From Eledone cirrhosa (Eukaryota), in the NCBI GenBank assembly GCA_964016885.1, contig OZ024745.1:95480001-95544000 (forward strand): a stretch of DNA of 64,000 nt, written 5' to 3'. The position numbers and the translations under genes are program-made. Below, one piece after another: positions 1 to 14,051 of the stretch. Each line of letters begins with the position of its first letter. Within the stretch, counting starts at the first letter, position 1. The notes below the pieces were generated by a model. It was given only the letters and a program-made list of their open reading frames with translations. It ran no database searches and had not been told where the DNA came from.

Positions 1-214
1 GATCAGTTCTCACAACCTCTATCCAGGTCTTCCTTGGTCTACCTTCCTTCCACTGGGATTTTCTGGCACTTCTTCACCCAATGATCATCATCCATGTCCG
101 TATCAACACAGTCTTCTCTCTAGCACATTACTCCAGATTCTTCTTAAACCCAGTTTCCCCCTCAGTTCATCCAAGCTCTACTCACAGACATGATACAGTT
201 AAGATTTACACAAT

Positions 215-556
215 GGAGGCACATGGCTTAGTGGTTAGAGCATTGGCCTTGCAATCGAAAGGTTGTGAGTTCAATTCTCAGACCAGGTGATGTGTTGTTT
301 CCTTGAACAAGACACTTTATTTCACATTGCTCCAGTTTACTCAGCTGTAGAAATGAGATGATAGGGACTGGGGTGCCTATCATTCCACTGCAAAGTGGTC
401 GTTAGGTGCCACGGCAAAAAAGCACCCAGCACTCACTGTAAATGAGGTTGGTGTTAGGAAGGGCATCCAGCTGTAGAAATCAAGCCAGAATCAGTTCCCG
501 TCCCACCCTTGCAAGCAGGGAAAAAGCAGACGTAAAATGAAATGATGATGATGATG
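215..556 (+). mobile_element. tRNA-derived SINE with RTE-type (GAT)n tail
   Basis: A-box-like TGGCTTAGTGG and B-box-like GAGTTCAATTC; the 3' part (GGTGTTAGGAAGGGCATCCAGCTGTAGAAA...GACGTAAAATGAAATGATGATG) is shared with the RTE LINE 3' ends in this window. Confidence 0.7.
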
Positions 557-1104
557 ACATACTGGGAATTATGCCAATATTATGAAGTATCAACCGAAAA
601 AAGCTGGTGCAAACACACACCAGGAAAGGTGTCAAAGAATGACAACACTCTGAAATATGCCAATACACACGGGCAGGGAGATCAAAGCCAACTGACTGTA
701 TATTATAGTCAAAGAGCAAAAAGAAAAAAAAATCTTCTAATTTATGTGTCAATCTTCACAAATGACAATATATCTACCAAGGAAATGGAGAAACTATTCA
801 AATATAAATATAACCTGTATGTGGATGATGAAAACTGAAACAATACATATAATAATAGGTACTCTGTGAATGATAAATAAAACCCACATAAGCACATAAC
901 CAAAACCTCCAGACTTACAGTTATATACAGCATACCAAAAATAGCACTACTAAGCACTGTACGCATATAAGGAATTGGACCCTCTAGTCAACAGAAACAA
1001 CACAACCAAAATCCACGCAACACATACCCAAGGTGCACAGAACTGTGCTTAGTAATGCAGTGACCACACACAATAAAAATAAGAGTAACAATACTATTAT
1101 TAAT

Positions 1105-1320
1105 AATTGTTTCTACTTTTTGGACAGGGTCAGTAATTTGAAGAGATAATAAAGTCAATTAAATCAGCCCTACTTCATTACTGATACTATACTTTATTTT
1201 AATGACCCCCTTAAGGATGAAAGGCAAAGCTAACCTCAGCAGGATTGGAACTCAGAATGTAAAGATCCAGGAAAAATTATGCCAAGCATTTGTCGGATGC
1301 TTTAATGACTCTGCCAAACC
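1105..1320 (-). mobile_element. SINE with Nin/Deu-like central domain, diverged copy
   Basis: Reverse complement of the family motif GTTAACTTTGCCTTTCATCCTTA...GTAGAAACAATT seen at 36713-36905. Confidence 0.75.
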
Positions 1321-1833
1321 ACCACCACCACCACCACCACCACCACAACAACCACAATAGTAATCACAACAACAAAAGGTATGTAAGTGCATATAAAAGA
1401 TCTAACCTGAGAAATAGTTATGTAAAAATTGTTTCCTGTTTACATGAGATTAATTAATTGTACCTACAGTGCATTAGCCAACAGGACATCTATACTACCT
1501 ATATGCTTTCCAGGTACAAGCTGCAGCAAACATAATTTGGTCGTCCTTTATGCAATGATATAATGTTGGCAAGCGAATCTCGGAGTATGCCAATTCTGAG
1601 ATGTAATTGAAATCATTACAAATGTTTCCTTCTATCTCTCTTTCTCTCTCATTACATTTTTTCTTTTATAAATAATATGGGTACATGTATGTGTCTATGT
1701 GCATGGAAATGTGTGTGGGTATACATATATATATGTGTGTGTGTGTGTGTGCATATATATATAAGTGTGCATTTATAAATAGATATACATGTATCGTCAT
1801 TGTTTAACGTTCATTTTCCATGCTAGCATGGGT

Positions 1834-1871
<38 letters not shown>

Positions 1872-2060
1872 TATATATATATAGAGAGAGAGAGAGAGGG
1901 AGAGAGACAGACAGAGAGATAAATGGTTCTTTTGTTCTTTATTTATATATCTATATTATATAAGTAAAGACCAAAAGCAATGCTTTTTGAGGGAACTCTT
2001 ACACACAACAGTTACAGATGACAGTGCAAGCAACTTCTATGGACAAGTTAGGCTGTACCA

Positions 2061-4979
2061 GCAATCCTACATTTTATCATGACACCAGCACTTCAACATT
2101 TTATCATGACACCAGCACTTCAACATTTTATCATGACACCAGCACTTCCACATTTTATCAAGACACCAGCACTTCCACATTTTATCAAGACACCAGGAAT
2201 TCTACATTTTATCATAACACCAGCACTTCCACATTTTATCATGACACCAGCACTTCCACAATTTATCATGACACCAGCTCTTCCACATTTTATCAAGACA
2301 CCAGCACTTCCACATTTTATAATGACACCAGCACTTCCACATTTTATCATGACACCAGCACTTCCATATTTTATCATGACACCAGCACTTCCACATTTTA
2401 TCATGACACCAGCACTTCCACATTTTATCATGACACCAGCACTTCCACATTTTATCATGACACCAGCACTTCCACATTTTATCATGACACTAGCACTTCA
2501 ACATTTTATCATGACACCAGCACTTCCACATTTTATCATGACACCAGCACTTCCACATTTTATCATGACACCAGCACTTCAACATTTTATCATGACACCA
2601 GCACTTCCACATTTTATCATGACACCAGCAATTCTACATTTTATCATGACACTAGCACTTCCACATTTTATCATGACACCAGCAATTCTACATTTTATCA
2701 TGACACCAGCACTTCCACATTTTATCATGACACCTGCACTTCCACATTTTATCATGACACCAGCACTTCCACATTTTATCATGACACCAGCACTTCAACA
2801 TTTTATCATGACACCAGCACTTCCACATTTTATCATGACACCAGCACTTCAACATTTTATCATGACACCAGCACTTCCACATTTTATCATGACACCAGCA
2901 ATTCTACATTTTATCATGACACTAGCACTTCCACATTTTATCATGACACCAGCAATTCTACATTTTATCATGACACCAGCACTTCCACATTTTATCATGA
3001 CACCTGCACTTCCACATTTTATCATGTCACCAGCACTTCCACATTTTATCATGACACCAGCACTTCCACATTTTATCATGACACCACCACTTCCACATTT
3101 TATCATGATACCAGCACTTCAACATTTTATCATGACACCAGCACTTCCACATTTTATCATGACACCAGCACTTCAACATTTTATCATGACACCAGCAATT
3201 CTACATTTTATCGTGACACCAGCACTTCCACATTTTATCATGACACCAGAACTTCCACATTTTATCATGACACCAGCAATTCTACATTTCATCATGACAC
3301 CAGCACTTCAACATTTTATCATGACACCAGCACTTCCACATTTTATTATGACACCAGCAATTCAACATTTTATCATGACACCAGCACTTCCACATTTTAT
3401 CATGACACCAGCACTTCCACATTTTATCATGACACCAGCACTTCCACATTTTATCATGACACCAGCAATTCTACATTTTATCATGACACTAGCACTTCAA
3501 CATTTTATCATGACACCAGCACTTCCACATTTTATCATGACACCAGCACTTCCACATTTTATCATGACACCAGCAATTCTACATTTTATCATGACACCAG
3601 CACTTCAACATTTTATCATGACACCAGCACTTCCACATTTTATCATGACACCAGCAATTCTACATTTTATCATGACACTAGCACTTCCACATTTTATCAT
3701 GACACCAGCAATTCTACATTTTATCATGACACCAGCACTTCCACATTTTATCATGACACCTGCACTTCCACATTTTATCATGACACCAGCACTTCCACAT
3801 TTTATCATGACACCAGCACTTCCACATTTTATCATGACACCACCACTTCCACATTTTATCATGATACCAGCACTTCAACATTTTATCATGACACCAGCAC
3901 TTCCACATTTTATCATGACACCAGCACTTCAACATTTTATCATGACACCAGCAATTCTACATTTTATCATGACACCAGCACTTCCACATTTTATCATGAC
4001 ACCAGAACTTCCACATTTTATCATGACACCAGCAATTCTACATTTTATCATGACACCAGCACTTCAACATTTTATCATGACACCAGCACTTCCACATTTT
4101 ATTATGACACCAGCAATTCAACATTTTATCATGACACCAGCACTTCCACACTTTATCATGACACCAGCACTTCAACACTTCATCATGACACAAGCACTTC
4201 AACATTTTATCATGACACCAGCACTTCCACATGTTATCATAACACCAGCACTTCCACATTTTATCATGACACCAACACTTCCACATTTTATCATGACACC
4301 AGCTGTTCCACATTTTATCATGACACCAGCTGTTCCACATTTTATCATGACACCAGCACTTCCACATTTTATCATGACACCAGAACTTCCACATTTTAAC
4401 ATGACACCAGCAATTCTACATTTTATCATGACACCAGCACTTCCACATTTTATCATGACACCAGCACTTCAACATTTTATCATGACACCAGCACTTCCAC
4501 ATTTTATCATGACACCAGCACTTCAACATTTTATCATGTCACCAGCACTTCCACATTTTATCATGATACCAGCACTTCCACATTTTATCATGACACCAGC
4601 ACTTCCACATTTTACCATAACACCAGCACTTCCACATTTTATCATGACACCAGCACTTCAACATTTTATCATGATACCAGCACTTCAACATTTTATCATG
4701 ACACCAGCTCTTCCACATTTTATCATGACACCAGCAATTCTACATTTTATCATGACACCAGCACTTCCACATTTTATCATGACACCAGCACTTCCACATT
4801 TTATCATGACACCAGCACTTCCACATTTTATCATGACACCAGCACTTCCACATTTTATCATGACACCAGCACTTCCACATTTTATCATGACACCAGCACT
4901 TCCACATTTTATCATGAGACCAGCTCTTTCACATTTTATCATGACACCAGCACTTCCACATTTTATCATGAGTGCAGCT
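2061..4979. repeat. 27-bp minisatellite array 1 (about 108 units, consensus ACATTTTATCATGACACCAGCACTTCC)
   Basis: Direct reading; constant 27-bp period with recurring variant units and no spacers. Confidence 0.98.
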
Positions 4980-5057
4980 CTTTTTGAGGGAACTCTTACA
5001 CACAACAGTTACAGATGACAGTGCAAGCAACTTCTATGGACAAGTTAGGCTGTACCA

Positions 5058-7450
5058 GCAATCCTACATTTTATCATGACACCAGCACTTCAACATTTTA
5101 TCATGACACCAGCACTTCCACATTTTATCAAGACACCAGCACTTCCACATTTTATCAAGACACCAGGAATTCTACATTTTATCATAACACCAGCACTTCC
5201 ACATTTTATCATGACACCGGGCACTTCCACAATTTATCATGACACCAGCTCTTCCACATTTTATCAAGACACCAGCACTTCCACATTTTATAATGACACC
5301 AGCACTTCCACATTTTATCATGACACCAGCACTTCCATATTTTATCATGACACCAGCACTTCCACATTTTATCATGACACCAGCACTTCCACATTTTATC
5401 ATGACACCAGCACTTCCACATTTTATCATGACACCAGCACTTCCACATTTTATCATGACACTAGCACTTCAACATTTTATCATGACACCAGCACTTCCAC
5501 ATTTTATCATGACACCAGCACTTCCACATTTTATCATGACACCAGCACTTCAACATTTTATCATGACACCAGCACTTCCACATTTTATCATGACACCAGC
5601 AATTCTACATTTTATCATGACACTAGCACTTCCACATTTTATCATGACACCAGCAATTCTACATTTTATCATGACACCAGCACTTCCACATTTTATCATG
5701 ACACCTGCACTTCCACATTTTATCATGACACCAGCACTTCCACATTTTATCATGACACCAGCACTTCAACATTTTATCATGACACCAGCACTTCCACATT
5801 TTATCATGACACCAGCACTTCAACATTTTATCATGACACCAGCACTTCCACATTTTATCATGACACCAGCAATTCTACATTTTATCATGACACTAGCACT
5901 TCCACATTTTATCATGACACCAGCAATTCTACATTTTATCATGACACCAGCACTTCCACATTTTATCATGACACCTGCACTTCCACATTTTATCATGTCA
6001 CCAGCACTTCCACATTTTATCATGACACCAGCACTTCCACATTTTATCATGACACCACCACTTCCACATTTTATCATGATACCAGCACTTCAACATTTTA
6101 TCATGACACCAGCACTTCCACATTTTATCATGACACCAGCACTTCAACATTTTATCATGACACCAGCAATTCTACATTTTATCGTGACACCAGCACTTCC
6201 ACATTTTATCATGACACCAGAACTTCCACATTTTATCATGACACCAGCAATTCTACATTTCATCATGACACCAGCACTTCAACATTTTATCATGACACCA
6301 GCACTTCCACATTTTATTATGACACCAGCAATTCAACATTTTATCATGACACCAGCACTTCCACATTTTATCATGACACCAGCACTTCCACATTTTATCA
6401 TGACACCAGCACTTCCACATTTTATCATGACACCAGCAATTCTACATTTTATCATGACACTAGCACTTCAACATTTTATCATGACACCAGCACTTCCACA
6501 TTTTATCATGACACCAGCACTTCCACATTTTATCATGACACCAGCAATTCTACATTTTATCATGACACCAGCACTTCCACATTTTATCATGACACCAGCA
6601 CTTCCACATTTTATCATGACACCAGCAATTCTACATTTTATCATGACACTAGCACTTCCACATTTTATCATGACACCAGCACTTCCACATGTTATCATAA
6701 CACCAGCACTTCCACATTTTATCATGACACCAACACTTCCACATTTTATCATGACACCAGCTGTTCCACATTTTATCATGACACCAGCTGTTCCACATTT
6801 TATCATGACACCAGCACTTCCACATTTTATCATGACACCAGAACTTCCACATTTTAACATGACACCAGCAATTCTACATTTTATCATGACACCAGCACTT
6901 CCACATTTTATCATGACACCAGCACTTCAACATTTTATCATGACACCAGCACTTCCACATTTTATCATGACACCAGCACTTCAACATTTTATCATGTCAC
7001 CAGCACTTCCACATTTTATCATGATACCAGCACTTCCACATTTTATCATGACACCAGCACTTCCACATTTTACCATAACACCAGCACTTCCACATTTTAT
7101 CATGACACCAGCACTTCAACATTTTATCATGATACCAGCACTTCAACATTTTATCATGACACCAGCTCTTCCACATTTTATCATGACACCAGCAATTCTA
7201 CATTTTATCATGACACCAGCACTTCCACATTTTATCATGACACCAGCACTTCCACATTTTATCATGACACCAGCACTTCCACATTTTATCATGACACCAG
7301 CACTTCCACATTTTATCATGACACCAGCACTTCCACATTTTATCATGACACCAGCACTTCCACATTTTATCATGAGACCAGCTCTTTCACATTTTATCAT
7401 GACACCAGCACTTCCACATTTTATCATGAGTGCAGCTCTTCCATATTTTA
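5058..7450. repeat. 27-bp minisatellite array 2 (about 88 units), tandem duplicate of array 1 including its flank
   Basis: Same unique flank (CTTTTTGAGGGAACTCTTACAC...) at 1983 and 4980, and the same order of variant units. Confidence 0.97.
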
Positions 7451-9194
7451 TTCTTTTTTCCCAGGACTATGGCCCTCTATACTCTATTCCACTGCCTATA
7501 TTTCCTACAAAAGTCAAGATGGGGCTGCTAAACTTCTCTTTTCTTTTTCCCTTTCATTAAATAATAAAAAAAAAAATCCCTATGATTTAAATTAAGACAA
7601 TCAACTGGGGCAATTATGATTGATTTTATTTTTACCAATAAAATATATCAATTAAGTAGATATCATGAAAATATGTTGCTTATTCATTTTCTAATTCATA
7701 CATTTTAAAGAGTGAAGGAGGATTGTTCAGGGAAATTTGTTGCTGCATAGTAGAGTTCAGGTGACTAATTAAAAACTTTCTCTTGTTATCTTCTTCTCAC
7801 TTATCTATGGCAGTATAATTTGGTTTCTTCTAAAAATATGAGAAAGTATATATTTCATTGTGACAGAATAATGCACTTCACTGTAATTTTTTGATAATTT
7901 TAACTGATAAACATAGATTTTCACCCTCACTGTAAAAAATATGTTGCATGATTACAGCATAGGTTACCACTTCTAAGATATCTCTTTGCACACAGAGAGA
8001 GAGAGAGGGAGATTAAAAAAAAAATTGGGAATCTTTGTTTTCCACAGCAATGCTAAAATTGTAGAAACAAATCAATCTGATCCCACTTTTTCTATATTAT
8101 AGTGTGACCATTTTGGTTTTCAGAATAGTTACACCATATCCCTGCATGTTGTAAATACCAACCTAGTGTTGGCACCAGGAAGGACATTCTAGTTATAAAA
8201 CATTGCTTCCAAAAACCTCACCTAACTGATGCCAGCATAATGATGATACACAAATACACAAACAACTGGCTTCTGTATAGTTTTCGTTGAGCAAATTTGA
8301 CTCATAAGGCATTGGTGAAATTAAAGCTATATTAAAAAAATCCTTTTCCAAGATGCTGTACCATGGGAATAAAACTGAAACCACATGATTGCAAAAAAAA
8401 ACCTTGACACATGGTTGCAAAAAGAACTTGGAAACAGCCAAACCTAGACCTATGTGGAATCATCTAATACATTTTGACATTGAAAGATAGAACTATATAG
8501 TAATCTAAAGAAATTGTGAAGAGAATTTAAGAATATTGTCTGGTTTAAACAAGTATTTTATCTGTAAAATCTTCTAAACTATTTCCTGATGTAGCTTTCT
8601 ATTTTAGTGTTTTAGTTACTTAAGTAGTAGGAGATAGTCAAAGATATATAGATTGAATTGCAGCTTGCCAAGTCAGGGTTAATGTTTCTTGTGCTGTCAC
8701 TAAAACATATGACTATGTGAATGTGACTATGATACTTTTTTAAATTTCTTGTTAGCTCAAGAATATATATATTGGTATTTTACATAGGAAAATCTAACAG
8801 TTGTAAGCACTAATTGGTAACTTTGTTAGCTTTTAGGGATGTTTATACATTCTATAAAACTGCTACACCCAAGAATCAAAACTAATTAGACAATTTGATT
8901 CCTAAATATCTTTGCATCTATTCATGTGGTTGTGTTGACTAGATGACCAAGTAGATAAGTTAATTAGCGACCCCAAGAGTTCTGGGTTTATAAACACAGC
9001 AGATGTAAATATGTGTAAGAATCTTCATTGTACATGTCTCAATTTACCCACTATCTATAATAGATTCTAAAGTTATGAAAATGTTACTTATGACAAACTG
9101 ATGCCTTTTCTTTCATCTATATTAAAATATAGAATTAGTAAAGAATTTAAATATTTCAAGGATTTGAATATATTTACATTTATTTTATATATCC

Positions 9195-9486
9195 TAGAAG
9201 AAATTAGTGCCAATTGACAGTTGGTTGAAACAGTAAGGAAGAGGAAACTTCAGTATTTTGGTCATTTTATCAGGGCCCCAAATTTGACTACCCACATCCT
9301 TGAGAGATGAATACATGGGAAAAGGGCCAGGGGAAGGCAGAAAAGGAGATGGACAGATGATATTAAGGAATGGACAGGAAGGTGTTTGGCGAAATGTACG
9401 GCAATAGCAAGAGACAGGAAATGATGGAGAGTGTTGGTCCATAAATGTTGGTACCCCACCCTCAGATATGAGGATGGGATGAGGCA
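9195..9486 (+). mobile_element. RTE-clade LINE 3' fragment (decayed)
   Basis: Broken translation RKRKLQYFGHFIRAPNLTTHIL...GKRARGRQKRRWTDDIKEWTG, typical of an RTE ORF2 C-terminus. Confidence 0.8.
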
Positions 9487-9617
9487 TACATATATACATT
9501 TATTTTATGGTGCTCCCTTCTAATTTTAAATCAAAGCATCACAGAGTAACAATATATTCTTTTAAATGCATGTGTCAAACTTAAAGCAAAGAAAGAAACA
9601 GTTTTATTTTGCCTCAC

Positions 9618-9695
9618 CTTATCCATTATTTCAAATATTTTATTTACTCGTTTCTCCGGCGTGTTTTCTTCTTCTGGTAATTTTACCATGTTTCC
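9618..9695 (-). CDS. NCS1: NCS-1/frequenin exon ([26 protein letters not shown])
   Basis: 78 nt, acceptor cattttttag, donor gtgagg. Matches NCS-1 [26 protein letters not shown]. Confidence 0.96.
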
Positions 9696-11807
9696 CTAAA
9701 AAATGAATCAATAAAATATTAAAACTCCTCAGGTTAATAGATTATAGTATTACCAATTGAAATGTATTTTGAAGTAATAATACTCTCTATTCAATTCAAA
9801 AAACACCAAAAGATTATTTTCAATAAACTATCGATACCAACTATTATTACAGCTGTTAAAATTTAATAATTCTAACAAATTGTCTGTTCATTTATAATTT
9901 TTTCAGTTATACCTTCAATGATTAGGGTGTTGGGCTCACAGTCATAAGATTGTGGGTTTGATTCCGTAGCCAGTCACTTCATTTCACAGTGCTTTTCTTA
10001 TAGTACTAACCCTAACCCTTACATCCAAGAATCCTGCAATGAAATGCAGCCTCATAGGAGGACAGCTAAAAAAACCTACATAGGTATGAGCTGTAACACT
10101 AAATTTGTTGTTCATAATACATATAGATTTTTATTTACTTAGTTCAACATTTTTATAATCATTTATCTGGCACAAGTACATACTGTTTGAGCCAACCTAT
10201 TTTTAAGATGCCAGTAGGATTTCAATCTAAACTTTACATGAATGAAATTAAATCATCTGATGTTTCATTGTTTATGTCAACTAAGAATTATGAAAACAAT
10301 ACTAATTATATTAATGAAATAAGGTTGTATCAGTTTTGTGATACTGTCAATATGCTTATCTTAATCTGCTTTGCTAAAGATAGGTAAATATAATAAAGTA
10401 GATTTCAGTAGAAAAAGTATTTAACTGTAAAATATCTTCGCAATACATACATGAATATACAGACAGGTTTTTATTATTATTATTATACAGTACACCTCAT
10501 TACCAATAGGTGAAAATGGTTCTTTGATGAAGAGGAGACGTGGATCCATATAAAATGATGGAAGTAGCATAAATAAAAATAGGATGGAAATGACAATGAT
10601 GAACATTTGCTAGATGTGAATACTTTTATATGTCAGAACATCAGGTTGAAAACATATAAAAACATTCTAAACCACATGACATAACTGTCATCATCTTAAA
10701 TGGTGGAAAATCAATTGTATCTTCTCATTACTACTTTCTAACCAATGTTAAATTTGGTACATTGTGCTTGTAGGAAGAGTGACATTTTAAACAACTAAGT
10801 TAATTAGTGATATATTTATATCTTATCAAAATTCAAAATTCCAATTTATAACAGCATCAGAGCAAAGGTACAGCTCACCTTTAAAAGACCATTGGGCAAT
10901 GTAAAAGTAACAAGTACTTTATTAATTTGCAATGCTGAGTTCATAGTCTTCCTATAGGTTTATAAAACAAAAGCTGCTCTCTCATTTTGTCAGTAATCTT
11001 GCTCAAACTTGCCATTAGATATAGGCTACGATTTTCATTCAGATTGCATGTAAGGGGTATTGTGCAACAACTTATCTTGCATTGAACTCACCATGTACTC
11101 TTAACTACCATAAGGTGGATACATAATTGGGCTTTGATGAAAACACTGATAATAATAGGTACATATTGAATAATGTCAACATATACAACTTAATAAATCC
11201 AATGAAGTCTCAATGCAAACACAAAAGGATGCAATGAAATAAACTTACATTAAAATCTATCAAGCATAGTACTGAGAGATTCTATTTGCTAAATTCAGAT
11301 ATTCAGCCTGATATATTGAGAAATACGGTTTGATATATTGAGTGTCTTAACTGAGAAAACTGAGAATCTTAGCTTGAGACCTCAGCTTGATCACGTGTCT
11401 CAACTTGGCAAATTGAGATGATGTCATAATACCATCCAACACATCCTCTTAGCATTTATCCTCTTAGTCTGCAGTAATTATATGCATCTTCCAAATGATA
11501 TATGGTGTAGTACAGATCTCTGTTATAAAGTGTGTTAATATAAAATTGATAAGTTTTCATTAGCATGCAATGATGACATCAACTTCTATGAGTACAATGT
11601 AAAAAAGAATAGGTTTTCCCCACCACTTACATAGCACAAAATGAAATAAGTGTCCAGTACTGATTCTACTATATAATTACAATAGCTTACTATTCTTATA
11701 CTCTACATCTTGATCAATATTTTTTCTGATAAATTCATTAAACCAAAATGATAGAGTTAAAGTGGGTAAATAAAATTAAAAAAAAATTAAAGATAAAAAC
11801 AACGCAC

Positions 11808-11896
11808 CACCATCTTGTAGATAGCATCTACAATATCTAGAAGTTCCTCCCGCGTTATGAAGCCATCACTGTCAAGATCATAAAGACGGAAAGCCC
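11808..11896 (-). CDS. NCS1: NCS-1/frequenin exon, EF-hand 3 ((W)[29 protein letters not shown])
   Basis: 89 nt, acceptor aattacag, donor gtgcgt. Completes the split TGG codon; canonical EF loop [12 protein letters not shown]. Confidence 0.96.
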
Positions 11897-13159
11897 CTGT
11901 AATTATATAACAAAGAACTATTTAATGTGGTAGGAAGAAAAGCAGTAATATTTTATAAATACACATACAAAATTAAAAACAGTAATGAAATCAATGCAGT
12001 GAATATTTATTCAAATTCAATTTACTTTCTGAAATTTTGATTTATTTATATATTTTAACCTTTTTACCTAGTAGAAATGAGTATTTTAAATTCTGTAACT
12101 AAAACTTATTTCATTTTTCCAGCTATTTTAGTAACATTAAACAGTAAAGAGATTACAGCTGGAAACAGTTACAAGCTACCTTGCAGCCATTTTTCTTTTC
12201 AACAATAACATTCTTTCAAGTTATTGGGAATATTAATTTTATGGTTAAGTTATAGGAAGGGAATTAACTCTTTTATGACCATATTTATAATGGAATATAA
12301 CATGTTTCTATTCATTAAGAAATAATTTTGAGGGATTTACTAAAATTATAAATGATTTCATAACTAAAATGGAAACTTAACATATGGTTCTTATATAAAA
12401 TTATATGAGGGGATTTTAATTTAAATAGGAACCTTTTAGACCTTTAGAATGGGTAGATTTATTTCATAGAATCAGAGTTGGTTTTTTCTAGGTTGGTATC
12501 AAAAATGTTATGTAATGGTATACCCATATACTCATGTGTTACGGATATACATGTATTCATAGTTAAGAAATATGTATTTCCATCCATATATACAATTTAA
12601 CTCAACCAATTAGTTTAACCTATTTTTAAATATAAGCATATATTAAAAACAATTTTGTGAGAAACAATTAAATAAATATGTTATATCTATAACTAATACA
12701 GAAATACAAACTGTAATATGTTTTTATAAAGAATTGAAATATTAAAGGAAAAATCAAGACTAAATATATGGGACTGCAAAAGGGAAAATTCTACGAAAAG
12801 AAACATTGTTTATAAAGAAAGTTTCAAAAAAATTAGAAAATTACGTTACAAGTATAAGTAATAAGTTGTAGACTTAATGAAAGGGCAAAATATTAAAATT
12901 AGTTGTAAAATCATATGAAAAACACTCAATATGGAAGTATTAAAGCACATAGAAAGGAACTTAGTAATAATTCAAATAATACTGAATACTGAAATATATA
13001 GTAGAATTAGTTATTCAATAATAATGGTCAGGTCTTGTGGAGTCATAGGGGTGCCATATTGACATTCAGCATTTATCTTCTCTCCAAGTGTGAACACAGT
13101 AGATTTCCTCCAGCAAAGGATAGAGAATAACAGAGAGAAGTAAGAAAGAGATATAAAGG

Positions 13160-13325
13160 AAGAATCAACCCCAGTACTAGACTGGTACTTTTTTTTTTAT
13201 CGACCTCGGATGGATGAAAGGCCAAGTTGATCTTGGTGGGATTTAAACTGAGAGAGCAGAGAGCCGGAATGAAACCCCCAAAGTGCTCTATCTGACGCTC
13301 CAACGACTCTGTCAATTCGCTGTCA
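13160..13325 (-). mobile_element. SINE (Nin/Deu-like domain)
   Basis: CTGGTACTTT...ATCGACCTCGGATGGATGAAAGGC, antisense to the family motif. Confidence 0.75.
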
Positions 13326-13570
13326 TATTTAATAAAATGAATATAAATTATGCAAAGTAAAATAATCAAACTACAAATAGATGACAATAAACACCCACAC
13401 AGTAGTGCTGGACTTACCTATAAGCTAAATAAGTTATAGTTTAGGGCCACACACCCTTGAGGGCCTCCCTTTTAAAAATATTTTTTAAATTTTATTATTA
13501 GTTTTTTTATTCTTTAACACTAAATAATAAAAAAAATTATATATATGTGTGTGTCTGTACATATATATGT

Positions 13571-13720
13571 ATATTCATTTTATTAAGGCTGAACAATGAG
13601 TTTTGTTACTCTGGAGTTTTGCTAACTCCAGAGTAACAAGACTCACTATTCAGCCTTAATAAAATGAATATTAAAACTCTACTTTAGTATTGAGTACTCC
13701 TTTCTCCCAGCTGTCAACCA
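13571..13720 (+). repeat. Short palindrome (about 50-bp arms) with a half-hammerhead and an AGTATTGAGTACT tail; Penelope-like end
   Basis: ATATTCATTTTATTAAGGCTGAA...TACTCTGGAGTTTT GC TAACTCCAGAGTA...TTCAGCCTTAATAAAATGAATAT, flanked by TA/TG repeats. Confidence 0.75.
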
Positions 13721-13961
13721 TATATGGATATATATATATATATATTATATATAGAGTTATAAACTCAAATAGTCTTTTACAATTAACTCAAAGAAAGGAA
13801 TATATATGATAGGGATAAACACTGATACAAGTATACATGTGTTTGCATTGCAAATGACCAAGTTAGCTAGGTTGAAAAATACTAATGAAAATAATACGAT
13901 TTGCATGTCTCGATTTAAAATAATAAATCAATAAAAACAAACCTATATTAGCAAAAGCTCT

Positions 13962-14051
13962 GATACCTGGACAAATTTAAATTTTAAATTTCAAATTTGT
14001 TTCGCAACAATTAAGTGAAAGTTCCTATTCCTGTGCTCTTCTGCAGGTATC
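13962..14051 (-). ncRNA. Type I hammerhead ribozyme-like fold with U4-to-A core variant, sense to NCS-1 pre-mRNA
   Basis: GATACCTG-CAGAAGA-GCAC...TTGC-GAAA-CAAATTTGAA...TTTAAATTT-GTC-CAGGTATC: perfect 8-bp stem I, G-C closed stem II, about 11-bp stem III, GUC triplet. Confidence 0.6.

Noticed and set aside
2120-7427. Minus-strand Cys/Trp-rich ORFs (MWKCWCHDK)n and (MIKCGSAGV)n
   Set aside because: Alternate frames of the minisatellite, frequently broken by stops.
2061-7450. CRISPR-like array
   Set aside because: Head-to-tail 27-bp units with no unique spacers, eukaryotic context and no cas genes.
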